64,000 bases of DNA from Eledone cirrhosa (GCA_964016885.1 OZ024758.1:12028001-12092000), one strand, 5' to 3'; shown: positions 43,746-58,405, counted from the first letter of the stretch. Made by a program: numbers and translations. Notes: generated from the letters alone by a model not told the origin.

Positions 43746-43787
<42 letters not shown>

Positions 43788-44307
43788 AGTATATATATAA
43801 GTACCAGTATATATATATATATACTGGTACTTTTTATATTGACCTCGAAATGATAAAAGGCAACGTTGACCTCAGAGAGAACCGCCGAAATGAAATATCA
43901 CAAATCCTAGTGACTCTTGTCCGACATTCTAACAACTCCCCCAACTCCCCACCATTCTAGTCATCGACAAATGTATGTAAAATCGGCTTAATATGCTACA
44001 ATATACAAGATGGTGTTGCATGTAGCATAACATACAGGATATTTTTGCAAGTAGCATAAAACAAATCTTAGTGAGTAAATAAAGGATATAGTTGGGTGTG
44101 GGTTTTATTTATTAAGATCTTCGAATTCTCTCTTATTTTTTGGAATATATTCGCATATAATCTGCTTCCACTTATTCGGATAAACTCATGCTTTATTTAA
44201 AGTCCCAGGTCAGGTCAATGACATGAAAGTGTTAAAATGTAGAAACAATTATTTATGTATGAGATGAGGTATTTATGAATGAATTCTCCACAATATTTAT
44301 ATTCTAA

Positions 44308-44658
44308 TCTCTTCCTCTTTCCTATCTTCTTCTTCGCATTTTTTCTTTTTCTTCTTCTTTTTCTTCTTCTTTTTCTTCTTCTTTTTCTTCTTCTTCTTTT
44401 TCATCTTCTTTTTCTTCTTCTTCCTCTTCTCCTCTTCCTTTTTCTTCATCTCCTCCTCTTCCTTCTTCTTCGTTTTCTTCATCTTCTCATCTTGGTTCTT
44501 CTTCGTTCTTCTTCTTCTTCTTCTTCTTCTTCATCTTCTTCTTCTTCATCATCTTCTTCTTCTCCTCTTCCTTCTTCTTCGTTTTTTTCTTTTACTTCTT
44601 CTTCCCCTCCTAGTTGTTCTCCTACTCCTTCTCATTCATTTTTTTATTTCTTCTTCGT
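44308..44658. repeat. Degenerate (CTT)n tract
   Basis: Directly visible. Confidence 0.9.
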
Positions 44659-45029
44659 CTGCTTCGTGTTTGCATGTTGTTGTTGTTGTCGTTGTCCATG
44701 TTACTGTTATTTTTGTTGTTTGTTTCTGATATATCTTTATTTTTATAATGGCGGATCTAGATTCCATGTTAAGGTTGTTGTTATTTGTGGTGTTGGTTTC
44801 ATTTTGTTGCTATGTTGATGATGGCGGCCATGTCAACGCTTTCGATTTCAGGGAACATATTTCATATTTTTCATTTATTTCCTTTGCTTTGTTGTCGTTG
44901 TTGTCGTCGTTTTTCTTGTTGCCGTTGTTGCTGCTGTATAATAAACAGGGGTTTACTCCTCAAGAAGAAACAATCAACTCATGGAGATCAAAATGCCATC
45001 GAAATAATCACCATCTACAGAAAGGTACA

Positions 45030-45406
45030 ATAATTGTTTCTCCTTCGTTGTCACAAGGCCAGCAATTATCCCATTGCATTACTGGTACTTTATTTTATCA
45101 ACCCCGTAAGGATGGAAGGCAAAGTTAACCTCGGCGAGTCATTGATCGACTTTCCTCTCCACCAGAAATTTCTAAGCAGATATTTAATGATTATTTTATG
45201 ATATTATTTTAAGCTGTCGGTGGATTGGCAGTATCGGAAGAGGGTCGGACGCCATGCCTTGACGCATAGAGTTACGGCCCTTGCCATTCTGAGTTCAAAT
45301 CCCGCCGAGGTTAACTTTGCCTTTCATCCTTACCGGGTCGATAAAATAAAGTACCAGTAATACACTGGGTAATTGCTGGCCTTGTGCCAAAAGTAGAAAC
45401 AATTAT
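45030..45406. mobile_element. Partial SINE (-) at 45030-45170 and full SINE (+) at 45218-45406
   Basis: Consensus matches; TSD ATTATTT(T/C)AAGCTGTC around the second copy. Confidence 0.85.
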
Positions 45407-45856
45407 TTCAAGCTGTCTATCACATTCTTGTTATACGTGAATCACTGCCAAATTAGACAGAGGTATAATATTAATAGATATTAGAATATAGGCAAAGAAG
45501 AGGGTTTGAATGATAATGTAAATAATGAAGAAACAAGAGAGATTGGGGGAAGAAACTAAATACAGGCAACGGAGATGGGAATATAACCGAACTACATAGA
45601 AAAACAAAATGGAGGAGGAATCTAAATATTAACAAAACACAAATAAAAACATACAAAAGAAAGGAAACAGATCAAGCTACCATGTAATCAGCTAAACCAA
45701 ACAAGCATTTTGGAAAATTATAAAATATAATATATACCATGATCCTTACTTTTATAAAACATAAATATATAAAGTTGTTTTAGCATTTAATCCCTTTGTG
45801 ATCATAAACAAAAATGGCGAAGTATGTATTGAACAAAAGCCAGAGCCCAGCATGTG

Positions 45857-45933
<77 letters not shown>

Positions 45934-46148
45934 TTATGGATACAAGTTTTAGATATTGTTGTCTTCTCACAGCATATATCTTTGATTAATATTTACTCAT
46001 TATATATATTAAATTGTAGCCTTATTGGATTTCTATATCTATTATTTATCGATACTTCAATTATTATTTACTAGTTTTAGGACAAATAACGCCGTGTTTT
46101 CTTTCGATATGTATTTTCAACACTATTTACATTTTAAAAATGTTTGTA

Positions 46149-46271
<123 letters not shown>

Positions 46272-46284
46272 TATATATAGATAT

Positions 46285-46355
<71 letters not shown>

Positions 46356-46383
46356 TATTCACGCAAATATATATGTATACAAA

Positions 46384-46421
<38 letters not shown>

Positions 46422-47271
46422 AACACATATATAAATATATATATATATACGGTATTATAGTTATAAAATCCCTCTCTCCAAAGATGTCCTTATAAATCTC
46501 TGGCTATCAATAACTTACCTAACATGAATGAATTGCAGACCAATTTATTTGAATATACTGTAATTAGAAAAATTTATTGGAGCCAAGTAAAATCAATAAA
46601 TACATCAATAAATCGATATCTTATATTTTCTATTTAATATTTCTAGACTTTGTTTTTGTTTTTAATATTTATGAAGAGTCGAAATTTCTACTAGAATGTG
46701 TTATTGAGATCCAGAATAAATTCTAAAATATACATATATATCGTTGCTGTATGAGGCTTCTATGGCATAATTCTTTTCTCGTTTCGTTTTATTTTTATTC
46801 CCAGTTTTTTATTCTGCTTGGTATTGCAATTATCCATAGACGTAAAATTCATATTTTCGACTAAGATTGATTCACTACGAAAACAATAGAAGTAAGTTTT
46901 ATTACTACAATAGCGTATCCAATAAATCATTATTGAGGCAAAAACATCTAGTGTCGGAAGGCCAATAGATAACAAAAGAAGCTTCATTTTTTTTTTCGCT
47001 GTTTGATTCACTGACTCCTACGTTCCAAACGTTAACGATTCGATTTTAATTTCATAAATTATGTGCAATTAATATTGTATACTAGATTGAAAAATGTCGA
47101 AGTGTCATAACCAGCAATACCAGCTATCTTTTTCAGCAACAGGAATCTCTGTATCTTTCTCTCTCTCTCTCGCTCTCTCTCTCTCTAGATAATCACACAC
47201 GCACACACACACACTCACATACATACATACATACACACATACATACATATATATCCAGTAGTGAATCACTA

Positions 47272-47312
<41 letters not shown>

Positions 47313-47416
47313 GTATATATATATATATATATTCATTTTATTAAGTCTCAAATGTAAGTCTTGTTACTCTGGTGTATATCCAAATGTCATAGACACACAC
47401 ATAAACACACACATAT

Positions 47417-47447
<31 letters not shown>

Positions 47448-47682
47448 TATAGTAGAATAATCGAGAATCGGAATATCAGCCCACGAAATCACGATAAACA
47501 ACATCCGACATGTGTGGCAGAGGGCTCAATAATTTGGATAAATCAGAGCTATAACCATCGTTAAATTACCAACACATAGAGATTATGCCTAAAATCACCC
47601 GTGCAGCCGAAAAAGAACGACCAGGAAGATTCGGGTCACTCAAATAAAATATCAATAAATTAATAAAATAAATGAATGTAAA

Positions 47683-47781
<99 letters not shown>

Positions 47782-48198
47782 CAGTTAGTGGCCTATGTTT
47801 ACACATACACTGTAGATTTGTGAATAATTTACAAACATAAAATCTATCTGTGAGAAGGTTAAGCTCTGATTAGATCACAGATACATCAATATTTGCGTGG
47901 GAGAGATCGATAGATATTTCAAAAACTGTTATTTCCTTTTCAGAAGACGCCTACGTACTATACAGTATTGCGGGATCAGAAGCAAGTATATATAGGTTTA
48001 GTAATTAAATTTGGTAGATCATTTCAATATACTACAAGCTTTGTGGGCTAGTACTAATTAGTAGAGTCATTAAAACCTGAAAGATTGCAGGAAGCCGCCG
48101 GACAATTTCGACATTTAGATCTTAATGGCTGACAAACAGACACAAATTTGAAAAATTTAAATTTAAAGATATATAATTATTATTTTGGAAGTACACGG

Positions 48199-48389
48199 GG
48201 CGGTGGATTGGCAGTATCGCTAGAGGGTCAGACGCCATGCTTTGACGCATAGAGTTACGGCCCTTGCCATTCTGAGTTCAAATCCCGCCGAGGTTAACTT
48301 TGCATTTCATCCTTACGGGGTCGATAAAATAAAGTACCAGTAATGTACTGGGTAATTGCTGTCCTTGTGCCAATACTAGAAACAATTAT
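48199..48389 (+). mobile_element. Dominant SINE
   Basis: Matches the consensus. Confidence 0.87.
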
Positions 48390-48454
48390 TTTGAAATTAC
48401 GAGTAATATACATACTTTCACGTGCATGTTTTGTAAACAAGTGTTGATGTTCTC

Positions 48455-49028
48455 CCCCTCTCACTCACTGCCTCAGTCTCTCTCGCTCTCCTCATCTCTC
48501 ACTCACCCCATCTCTCACTCTCCCAGTCCCTCACTCTACCCATCTCTCACTCTCCCCATCTCTCACTCACTCCATCTCTCATTCTCCCCGACTCTCACTC
48601 TCCCCGTCTCTCACTCACCCCATCTCTTGCTCTCCTCATCTCTCGCTCACCCCATCTCTCGCTCACCCCATCTCCCACTCACCCCATCTCTCACTCACCT
48701 CCTCTCTCACTCTCCCCATCTCTCACTCTCCCCATTTCTCACTCTCCCCATCTCTCACTCTCCCCCATTTCTCCCTCTCCCCATCTCCCACTCACCCCAT
48801 CTCTCACTCACCTCCTCTCTCACTCTCCCCATCTCTCACTCTCCCCATTTCTCACTCTCCCCATCTCTCACTCTCCCCATTTCTCCCTCTCCCCATTTCT
48901 CACTCACACCCTCTCTCACTCTCCCCATCTCTCCCTCTCCCCGTCTCTCACTCAGCCCAGTCTCACTCTCCTCATCTCTCATTCACTCCATCTCTCACTC
49001 AGCCCTTCTCCAACTTTCCCCATTTCTC
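48455..49028. repeat. Pyrimidine-rich minisatellite, ~16-bp unit CTCTCACTCTCCCCAT
   Basis: Directly visible degenerate tandem array. Confidence 0.9.
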
Positions 49029-49084
49029 CCAATTATACGCGTCTGAACCTTTGTTTAAAACACTCCGTCCGTTGACCAGTCGTT

Positions 49085-49467
49085 AATAATTGTTTCTACT
49101 TTAGGCACAAGGCCAGCAATTACCCCAGTGCATTACGGGTACTTTATTTTATCGACCCCGTAAGGATGAAAGGCAAAGTTAACCTTGGCGAATTTGAACC
49201 CAGACCGTAAAGGGACGTAACTATGCTGGAAAGCATGGCGTCCGACCCTCTTCCGATACTGCCAATCCACCGGGTCGTTAATAATTGTTTCTACTTTAGG
49301 CACAAGGCCAGCAATTACCAGTGCATTACTGGTACTTTATTTTATCGACCCCGTAAGGATGAAAGGCAAAGTCAACCTCGGCGGGATTTGAACTCAGATG
49401 GTAAAGGGACGTAACTATGCTGGAAAGCATGGCGTCCGACCCTCTACCGATACTGCCAATCCACCGG
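49085..49467 (-). mobile_element. Two tandem SINE copies
   Basis: Delimited by three copies of GTCGTTAATAAT. Confidence 0.88.
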
Positions 49468-50660
49468 GTCGTTAATAATGTATTCAAAGCAGTACCAGTT
49501 TCAACCAATGCACCGTACTTCAGTACCTGTTACTTATGTTGCCAACCCACTTATTGACTAAGTATAGACATGTATAGAAATCTACCTTACTTCTCACAAG
49601 ACAAAATTTCAATGTTGACAGTGATATAAATATATCACATTCGTCTGAATTTCTCAGTCGTTTAAAATATGTTTCTGGTAAGCCATTTTATGATCATTCA
49701 TTTCTTCAGCTTTTGAAAGAGAAAAAGCAATGACAATAACGTTTAAATTAGAATTCTGTTAAATAATCGAAGACTGGGGAAACTAAAACATTTGGTTCTA
49801 CCATATATCGTTTGGAAAACGTTTCGCCATTTATATTTTAGAGATTCACGTTGCACTGCATCTTAGTTCGTAAAATATATAGCTATTGATGAGGGGTCAG
49901 TCGTCAAATTGATGTTAACATGCTATATCATTTTGTTGCAAACATTTAGTTCTGCGTTAAATAACATTTTTCAGTAAAATACCTTTTGGTAATTGTATTT
50001 TTATTGTTAATGTGGAAAGGTAAATGCTGCCTTTCAATTAGTTTGTTGAAGGGTGGTTGAGAGAAGCGAATCGTAGTGCGAGTGAATGTGCCTGTAAATT
50101 GGAGGTGAACATCTTTCTTATTCATCTCACAATTCTGTTCTCAATGAAGCAAGATTTAGTGTCATAATGCAATATGGACAGTTAAGAAAACATTTCAAAG
50201 TACATAATGATAAAACATTTTTTCCTGTAAGTGCGCTTTTCTTAATAAACAAAGAATGATGTTGCAGATTTTGGGCAGGTGCAAGTTTCCATTAGAGAAA
50301 ATAGAAACATATGTAAAAGGTGAGAGGAATATGCAGTACTTAATCAGTAAATCATTCTGTCAGCACAGAAGTATAGCGAAAAAAGATAATGTGTATATTC
50401 TCCTTTTGTAAATATGTTTTCAAGGCCATAGATCAATAGATTATATTGAATTCTGTTCTTCCTGGAATATTTCTCATATATTCTATAGCTAGGAATCGTT
50501 TCTTTGGCAGCACGTTTTACGCTTCTTTTACAGTTAAACCATTCAGCCTTTTACTTACTCTTTGATCTGCTGTTATTTATTAAACTATAGAATTTATAAT
50601 TGTCTTCTTATCTATGTAGTTTTTATACTTGCAGAATATATCTGCAGCGTATATATTTAT

Positions 50661-50800
50661 ACGAGAAGGTACTGAAGAGTACTGAAAGCTTTAATGGTAT
50701 TGCGAAAAGAAGGGTAGAGCTGTTACCTTTACAATGGAGGTAGGAATGCTGCAATAAGTGTGTGAATCTGAAAGAGGAATATGTTGAATAAAATTATAAT
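50661..50800 (+). mobile_element. Mariner relic
   Basis: Encodes CNKCVNLKEEYVE*, resembling the mariner transposase C-terminus (KC....GDY.E). Confidence 0.5.
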
Positions 50801-50804
50801 TAAC

Positions 50805-50955
50805 TGGTACAAGGTCAGCAATTTTGGCGGAGGTGAAAGTCGATTATATCGACTCCAGTGAATGACGGGTACTTTATTTTATCGACACCGTAAAGATGAA
50901 GGCAAAACTAATCTCGGCGGCATTTGAACTCAGAACGTAAAGGGCCGTAACTCTA
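50805..50955 (-). mobile_element. SINE fragment
   Basis: Diverged match to the consensus. Confidence 0.75.
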
Positions 50956-51549
50956 ATGTCAACAGTTTAGTCAGAACTTTGTTTTGTATGAACTTTGGAA
51001 TCCGAGAAATTTAGGATGTATTCATATTTGCCTCAATTGTGCTGTTAAATAAAGGCCAGGCGGCGAACATGGTCTTTGTCGAATGTTCAGAGCGAAATCA
51101 TCATAATGATATCGATATAATGAAATCGATATAATGCGATGTGTAAAATAATTATAACTCATAAATAAAATACTGTAAATATAAGGAAATATATGCAAAT
51201 ATAGATATATAATTTTGCACATATTATCTCAGACATAAAAAAAATAATTATTTGAATGTTCTCATTCTGGATCTGAAAAAAGAATATTCAAAACTAATGA
51301 AAAGGAACAGAGAAAGAGATAAAAGAGAAACTTGAGGAATCTATTTTCAGTTGCAGACAATTTTTTAAATCAAAGTTGAATATATATAACATATATTCTG
51401 TAATAGGTACTAAGTGTTCATACATTCTTCAATATATTTTCAACTATATATTTTAATGACTTTAAAAATAAAATGATAATTTAGAAATGTCTTCGGGCAC
51501 TCCTTTTATGATATCAAATACTTATTAGAATCAATACTTCCCACACCTT

Positions 51550-51597
<48 letters not shown>

Positions 51598-51627
51598 ATA
51601 TATATATATCTATGTGTGTGTGTATGT

Positions 51628-51704
<77 letters not shown>

Positions 51705-51848
51705 TATATTCATGTATATATATATATATATACATATATAGGTGTATATATATATATTTATATATATATACACATATATATATATGCATATATATAAATA
51801 TCTATACATATATATATACATACATACATACATACATACATACATACA

Positions 51849-51926
<78 letters not shown>

Positions 51927-52479
51927 GTATTTTTCTTTCTTTATTCTGTAAAGTAACTATTACACTATTGATTTTGTGAACAAAAGTAGGTTGAAGATAT
52001 TAATTGTTAGAATGATTCATAATAATTCTAGGTTGATGGTGACTAAATAATTCAATATGGAGAATTCAATATGGAGATGGAGATTTTCAATTTGCCAAAT
52101 AATTAGCTATTTTTTATTATATTTTTTTATATCAAAGTTTAAACCTTACATTATTTTTGTAATATGAACTATCACCTTTACCCAATAGTCCATAACGATG
52201 AAAAAACAACATATATTGATTACTAACATGCTAGAATAAAAAAAAATTATCTCAGATAAATCGACTCAAAAGTAACTTTTTGTCGCCTAGCTGGATGTAG
52301 TTTAAATTATTGTACACGCCTATATTGGCACTTGTAAAAACATTCCGTATTTAATTTCGCCACATACTAAAACTGTTAAAGAGGTTTATCATGAATAAAC
52401 AAATGTTTCTGCCAATAGTGATTGAAATATCGGCTATTTAATTACTGAAATATGGTTTTAAGAATATAGTAACAATTCA

Positions 52480-52902
52480 AATTGAGAGATCAGAGCTCCG
52501 ATACTATGGACATGTGGTTAGAATGTCTCAGGAAAGAATCGCTGGACATATTTTATGCGCAGAAGGAGACCCAGTGACAGACGACGAGCAATATGGATTG
52601 ATAACATCCATGAGCTTGACTGGTCATGCATGGGGATTCAGCCGGATCAGTTGAAGACGGTTGCTTCTGATAGGATCCGCTAGAGGGAGTGTTTGAGGAC
52701 TCTGCCACACCCCCATGTAGAAGAAGAAGAAGAAGAAGAAGAAGAAGAAGAAGAAGAAGAAGAAGAAGAAGAAGAAGAAGAAGAAGAAGAAGAAGAAGAA
52801 GAAGAAGAAGAAGAAGAAGAAGAAGAAGAAGAAGAAGAAGAAGAAGAAGAAGAAGAAGAAGAAGAAGAAGAAGAAGAAGAAGAAGAAGAAGAAGAAGAGA
52901 GC
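52480..52902 (+). mobile_element. 5'-truncated RTE LINE with expanded (GAA)n tail
   Basis: Encodes RSELRYYGHVVRMSQERIA; ~60 GAA units; TSD ATATAGTAACAATTCA at 52464-52479 and 52903-52918. Confidence 0.88.
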
Positions 52903-52998
52903 ATATAGTAACAATTCAGCTAAATCTCACAAGTTGTAGATATAGAATGAACATCATTCTGGTTTCGCACTCCATCTAATATACAATTTAATGATTAA

Positions 52999-53111
52999 AT
53001 AATTGTTTCTACTTTTGGCACAAGGCCAGCAATTACACAGTACATTACTGGTACTTTATTTTATCGACCCCGTAAGGATGAAAGGCAAAGTTAACCTTGA
53101 CGGGATTTGAA
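52999..53111 (-). mobile_element. 5'-truncated SINE
   Basis: 3' half of the consensus. Confidence 0.8.
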
Positions 53112-53847
53112 TGGGAAATAAACCTCGTTAGAGTTTGCATAATATGAGTTCTAAACTACACATTATCCAGTGAAATTGCTTCAGTTTTAGGCCATCTGAG
53201 TGTGTATGTGTGTGCGTGTATGTATGTGTATGTACCCCATAAACAGTTAGACAAAATTCTCCTAAAAAACAATCAGACCTATTCAGATAGTTATTATTGG
53301 CGCCATACGATCGTTTCAACATTACCTGCTTTAAAGTTCTAACCTTACTAGAGTTTGAAATAAATACAATCTTAACTTAACAGTTTTCTAAAGAGAAACC
53401 AATCAAGTTGAAAAACAAACTTTATCAACAATGTTTATTCAAAAGCAGCCATTATTTTCCCTTTAAGAATGTTTTTAATGTATTATAAACATGATGTTGT
53501 ATAGTATTGGTGAAAAAAAAGCTATTCCCCCAAACCTGTTCCTACCTTAACCTTTCAATATTTATGTTTATATTTAAAATAAAACCGAGCACTGAATAAC
53601 CTACATGAAAATTATATTTTTATTTCAACTAATCAATGTATAAACATTACCGTTCGGTACCAAAATATCAACAGTGTGTAATGAATAAATTATTTTATCA
53701 GCAGCTAAAAATACAAAAGTCCATTGCTTGTAAAAATAGAAAATGTCTTTTGCTTTCCTTAAAAATGAAAAGTCGTAATAAGTTGTAGCTGTGTAGTTTA
53801 TAACATATTTTTGTATCTCTTACTTTATGCTTGAATTAATTATTAAT

Positions 53848-53996
53848 TCTACATTTGGCACAAGGCCAGCAATTATCCCAGTGTATTACTGGTACTTTAT
53901 TTTTCGACCCCGTAAGGATGAAAGGCAAAGTTAACGTCGGCGGGATTAGAACTCAGACCATAAAGGGCCGTAACTTGTTGCTGCAAAGCATGGCGT
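53848..53996 (-). mobile_element. SINE, 5'-truncated
   Basis: Matches the consensus. Confidence 0.82.
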
Positions 53997-54756
53997 ATTG
54001 TAGTGTATAATATTTTCTGAGATTAATAGTGTTAAATACTAACTAAAATAGATAACAGAGTTTAGGTTTGAAATGGGAAGTCGTTAGCAGTGTACTTATT
54101 ACCATTTCTCAGGCGGATGAAATAGATTGGCACCCAAACAAAGAAGTGTACAATTGTTTCTTAGAAAAATGTACAAAATACCGGTTGGCTTTAAACAATT
54201 AACTGCTTTCAAACCTAGAAAGAAAGGTTAGTGTATGTAGATTTAGAAAGCAGGCCTTGGAGACATAATTAAAATATAATATTGATCTTACCTAGTGATC
54301 TAATCGTTCACGGTTTTCTACTGTATTAATGTAGAAATGTTTATGAACGATTTACCTGGGGGTATTCATTTCTTCATATATATGATAATGAAATCAAATG
54401 AAATTAGGAATTATTCTCATTTGCAACGTGGAAATATCGAGAAATTATTTGTTCTTGATCTATCTCACCCGTTGTAACTTCAACACTACCTCATGCTCTG
54501 TATAAACACCCACAAACACAGATATATATATATATATATATATTTCGTTTCTGAATTTGTTTAGCAAGATTCTTTATCTGAAAACGTGTGTTGAAACCGA
54601 AATTGTTATACTTTGGGAGGGTCATGTTGCCAATAAGAAACACACGCACCAGTTGCTTTCACTTCTATTTATTATAATAAATTTATAAATTAGGAATCTA
54701 TAAATTTCCGGTTGGTTGGTTAGTTGGTTCCACAACCAGATGGTTGTTTATATATT

Positions 54757-54799
54757 GTCAAAGTTCTTTCGTCACACATTCTGTGACCTCTTCAGTGAC
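54757..54799 (-). ncRNA. Type I hammerhead motif (family F)
   Basis: Minus strand: GTCA-CTGAAGA-G-GTCACA-GAATG-TGTGAC-GAAAG-AA-CTT-TGAC. Confidence 0.78.
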
Positions 54800-54874
54800 T
54801 GGTGATTCTTTTCTTTGTTTTTGTGCCTCTCCTTTGTTCTGTCAGAACAAAGGAGATGCACAGAACAAAGGAGA

Positions 54875-54938
<64 letters not shown>

Positions 54939-54945
54939 TGGGTGT

Positions 54946-55125
54946 TGGATTGGCAGTACCGGTAGAGGGTCGGACGCCATGCTTTCCAGCATAGTTACGT
55001 CCCTTTACAATCTGAGTTCAAATCCCGCCGAGGTTGACTTTGCCTTTCATCCTTACGGGGTCGATAAAATAAAGTACCAGTAATGCACTGGTTAATTGCT
55101 GGCCTTGTGCCTAAAGTAAAAACAG

Positions 55126-55130
<5 letters not shown>
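54946..55130 (+). mobile_element. Dominant SINE
   Basis: Matches the consensus. Confidence 0.87.
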
Positions 55131-55181
<51 letters not shown>

Positions 55182-55202
55182 CCGAATTGAGGAATTTGTT
55201 AT

Positions 55203-55239
<37 letters not shown>

Positions 55240-56108
55240 TAACAAATTCCTCAATTCGGTTCGGGTATTTCAATATTAGCTACTGCAAATACAAATATAT
55301 TAGTCAGTAAATGTCTTAATTTACTGACTAATATATTTGGATGAGAAAGTATTTTACTGAAACCTGTATTTTGTTCTCGAGATCTCTTTCTGCCTCTTGA
55401 AAAGCACATCTAACCATTGAATAATGAATGTAATAAAACTGTGTCTATTGTATTCCATCTTTTGATATATCTACTTATATATATATACACCCGTTAAACA
55501 CACACATTTCTTTTGTTCAAGAAATAGCTTTCTGTATACTTAAATAAGACACATTTGTTCAATACAATTTATTGCTAGGCATTTTTACAGTCAGATGTAA
55601 TGATATACATGTTATACAGAATTATAATATCGAACCAGGTCTGCATTCAATAGAACATTACTTCGGTTCTACTCAAAAATAGGCATAGGACAAACAATAT
55701 AATTCGCCTTTCATATGGTTTTGAATGATCTCTTATATTTTCACATCAACAAGCATTTATCATACATCGTCAAAAAAAGATTGGATTTGTGTTGCTTTGG
55801 GGTACTTTTAGATTGTCTATTGCTGCTGAAAACATAAAATTCCTCTCTGCGAGAGCATGGGACAGATCCTCGATAAATTTGTCCTCTTACCACCAAGGAA
55901 AGCACTCTAAATAGACAGAGACATACATACTTACATACAAACAGACATATATATATATATACGTCACCGCTTATATGCTTAAATCCACACTTTCATCCAT
56001 ATATATTTACATACATATATACATTCATAAATATACATACATGCATGCATTCATATTCTATTCAGTCAAATATGTGTCATTGAGAGTAAATATATTTTAT
56101 AATGAATA

Positions 56109-56147
<39 letters not shown>

Positions 56148-56210
56148 TATAATGAATATGAATATGGATATATATATATATATATATTTATTATATATAT
56201 ATATATTTAT

Positions 56211-56352
<142 letters not shown>

Positions 56353-58247
56353 TGTGTGTGTGTCTGTGTGTGTGTCTGTGTGTGTCTGTGTGTATACAAA
56401 TATATATATACATATGTATATATATAGGATATATATATAATATATAGAAGCTTCAGCGTTAATTATTTATAGAGTTATTTTTGTTAGTGAAACTCTAAAT
56501 GTGTTGACGTTTTACAATAAGAAATATGATACATTATTTGGTGATAGATGATGTATAAAATTAAATAAATATAAATATTTACCACATATCACATATTGTG
56601 TTCTAGTTTTTTCTCTCCGAATATATTAACAATTAAGTTAAATAGGTCCACTATGAATAATAAGGAAATGTCTACAGCATCATATATATATATTATCATT
56701 ATTAGTATATATAACAAAGTTGTGTAGCTTGCTTGAAGCATTGTTGAATAGGAAACACAAATCTAAATAATTTTGAAAACCAAACAATGCATTAGAAAGA
56801 AAATTAAATCGCTAAGAAAACAAAAAAATCTTACTTTAGTAAATTTAATGAACCGAGATATTTTCGGGTTTAAAAACCCATTATGAAGGGAGTATCCCTA
56901 GGAGAGATTTAAGTATATATATACATATATATATATTTATATATATTTATATATATTATGTATATATATATATAGTAATAATAAATTTAGTTTCAGAAGA
57001 TCCTGTTAAGGGTGAAAGCAGCGATTCTTTGCTTAAACTTTAATCTGATATTTTAATAAATATTTGCTCTACGGTTCTTATATATTTGATATATATTTAT
57101 CCTTATCGAGCCATCTTTGTATTTTAGTCTTCAAATTTATTATTATTACTATATATATATATTCTTATTTATTTATTAACATAAAAGACGAAATATATAG
57201 CGATTTTTCACGATGATATTTTAATAAAATCTACTCCATACTTTGTTTAATAGCTCTATCCTCCAATCGACATCTTGTGCTTCTTTTATATATGACAGCT
57301 CATAAACGTATCCTTTATAATAATCGTTCTCTGTTAAACATTCCAATATAGCGGTCTAGCGAGAGCATTTCCAAATTTTTAAAACCAAGAAAATACTAGA
57401 TGACATTTAATATAAAGTGAACAACCACCGTTGGATTTTCGTTCTATATTAATCTGAAAGAGGAAGCATATTTTACAGACATAGAGTTTAATTAAACTGT
57501 TGGTGAATATATATAATATACCACATGCTGTTATTTTTTCCTCTTATAATATTTCATGTGATTTCTTGTAATACTTTTTTTCTGTTAAAAGAATATTAGA
57601 GATGACATTTAAGTAACCTCTGCTACAAATATGGATCAACTGGAATATCAATAGACAGACTAGAAGCTTCAGATTCATTGAATAACATGGTGTATACCAT
57701 TGATAATGCCTGGCACAAAATAGAAAACAAAAGCAAATGAAAAAATGAAAAATGTGTATATATTTTCTCATTTTATGTCTCTAGATTTCCCTGTTAATGT
57801 TAATGGAAGGCTTGATATATAAAAGAGATGCAGAATTTAAAATAAGGAAAAGAAACAAAATTTGAAAGAAAATATTATCAAATGGAATGTTTCGTGAGTG
57901 GAAGATGTAGAAAAAAATCAAATGAGAGAATGAGTGAAAAAAGGAAATATTTACTATCATAGGATTACTGCTAGGATTCTTAGTTATAAAATATACGACT
58001 AAAAAGTATACTTGGTATCACAAATTCAAATATAGTTACAAATATTACAACGACAAAGAGACGAATTGATGGTCATATGTTTATAAGGAAGACTATGATA
58101 GGCTAAACAATGAGAAAAAATAGTAATTGGAAAAATTCTATTCAATATTCAATATTATTATAAACTGTAGATAATACTTAGCATTTAATAGTATTAAAGG
58201 CTAGATATACACTTTACATGACTTTTCGTCATTTGGCTGTTTCGAGA

Positions 58248-58405
58248 GAGGGTCGGACGCCATGCTTCTCAGCATAGAGTTACGGTCCTTTACGGTATGA
58301 GTTCAAATCTCGCCGTGGTTAACTTTGCCTTTCACTCTTACGGGTTCGATAAAATAAAGTACCACTGAGATAATCGTTGGCCTTGTGCCAAAAGAAGAAA
58401 CAGTT
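58248..58405 (+). mobile_element. SINE
   Basis: Diverged match to the consensus. Confidence 0.8.

Larger units (their letters stand above)
43345..43750. repeat. ~406-bp spacer-less palindrome
   Basis: Centre between 43547 and 43548; arms match by eye out to the (TA)n tract. Confidence 0.9.

Noticed and set aside
44279-44818. Hydrophobic, poly-Ser ORF
   Set aside because: It is a translation of the degenerate (CTT)n tract.
48426-49046. 206-aa S/L/P/H-rich ORF
   Set aside because: It is a translation of the 16-bp minisatellite.
50668-50694. CTGAAGA-GTACT-GAAAGCTT hammerhead-like string
   Set aside because: Stem I is only 2 bp and it overlaps a mariner end; likely chance.
52624-52979. Poly-E/R/S/F ORFs
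   Set aside because: They derive from the (GAA)n LINE tail.
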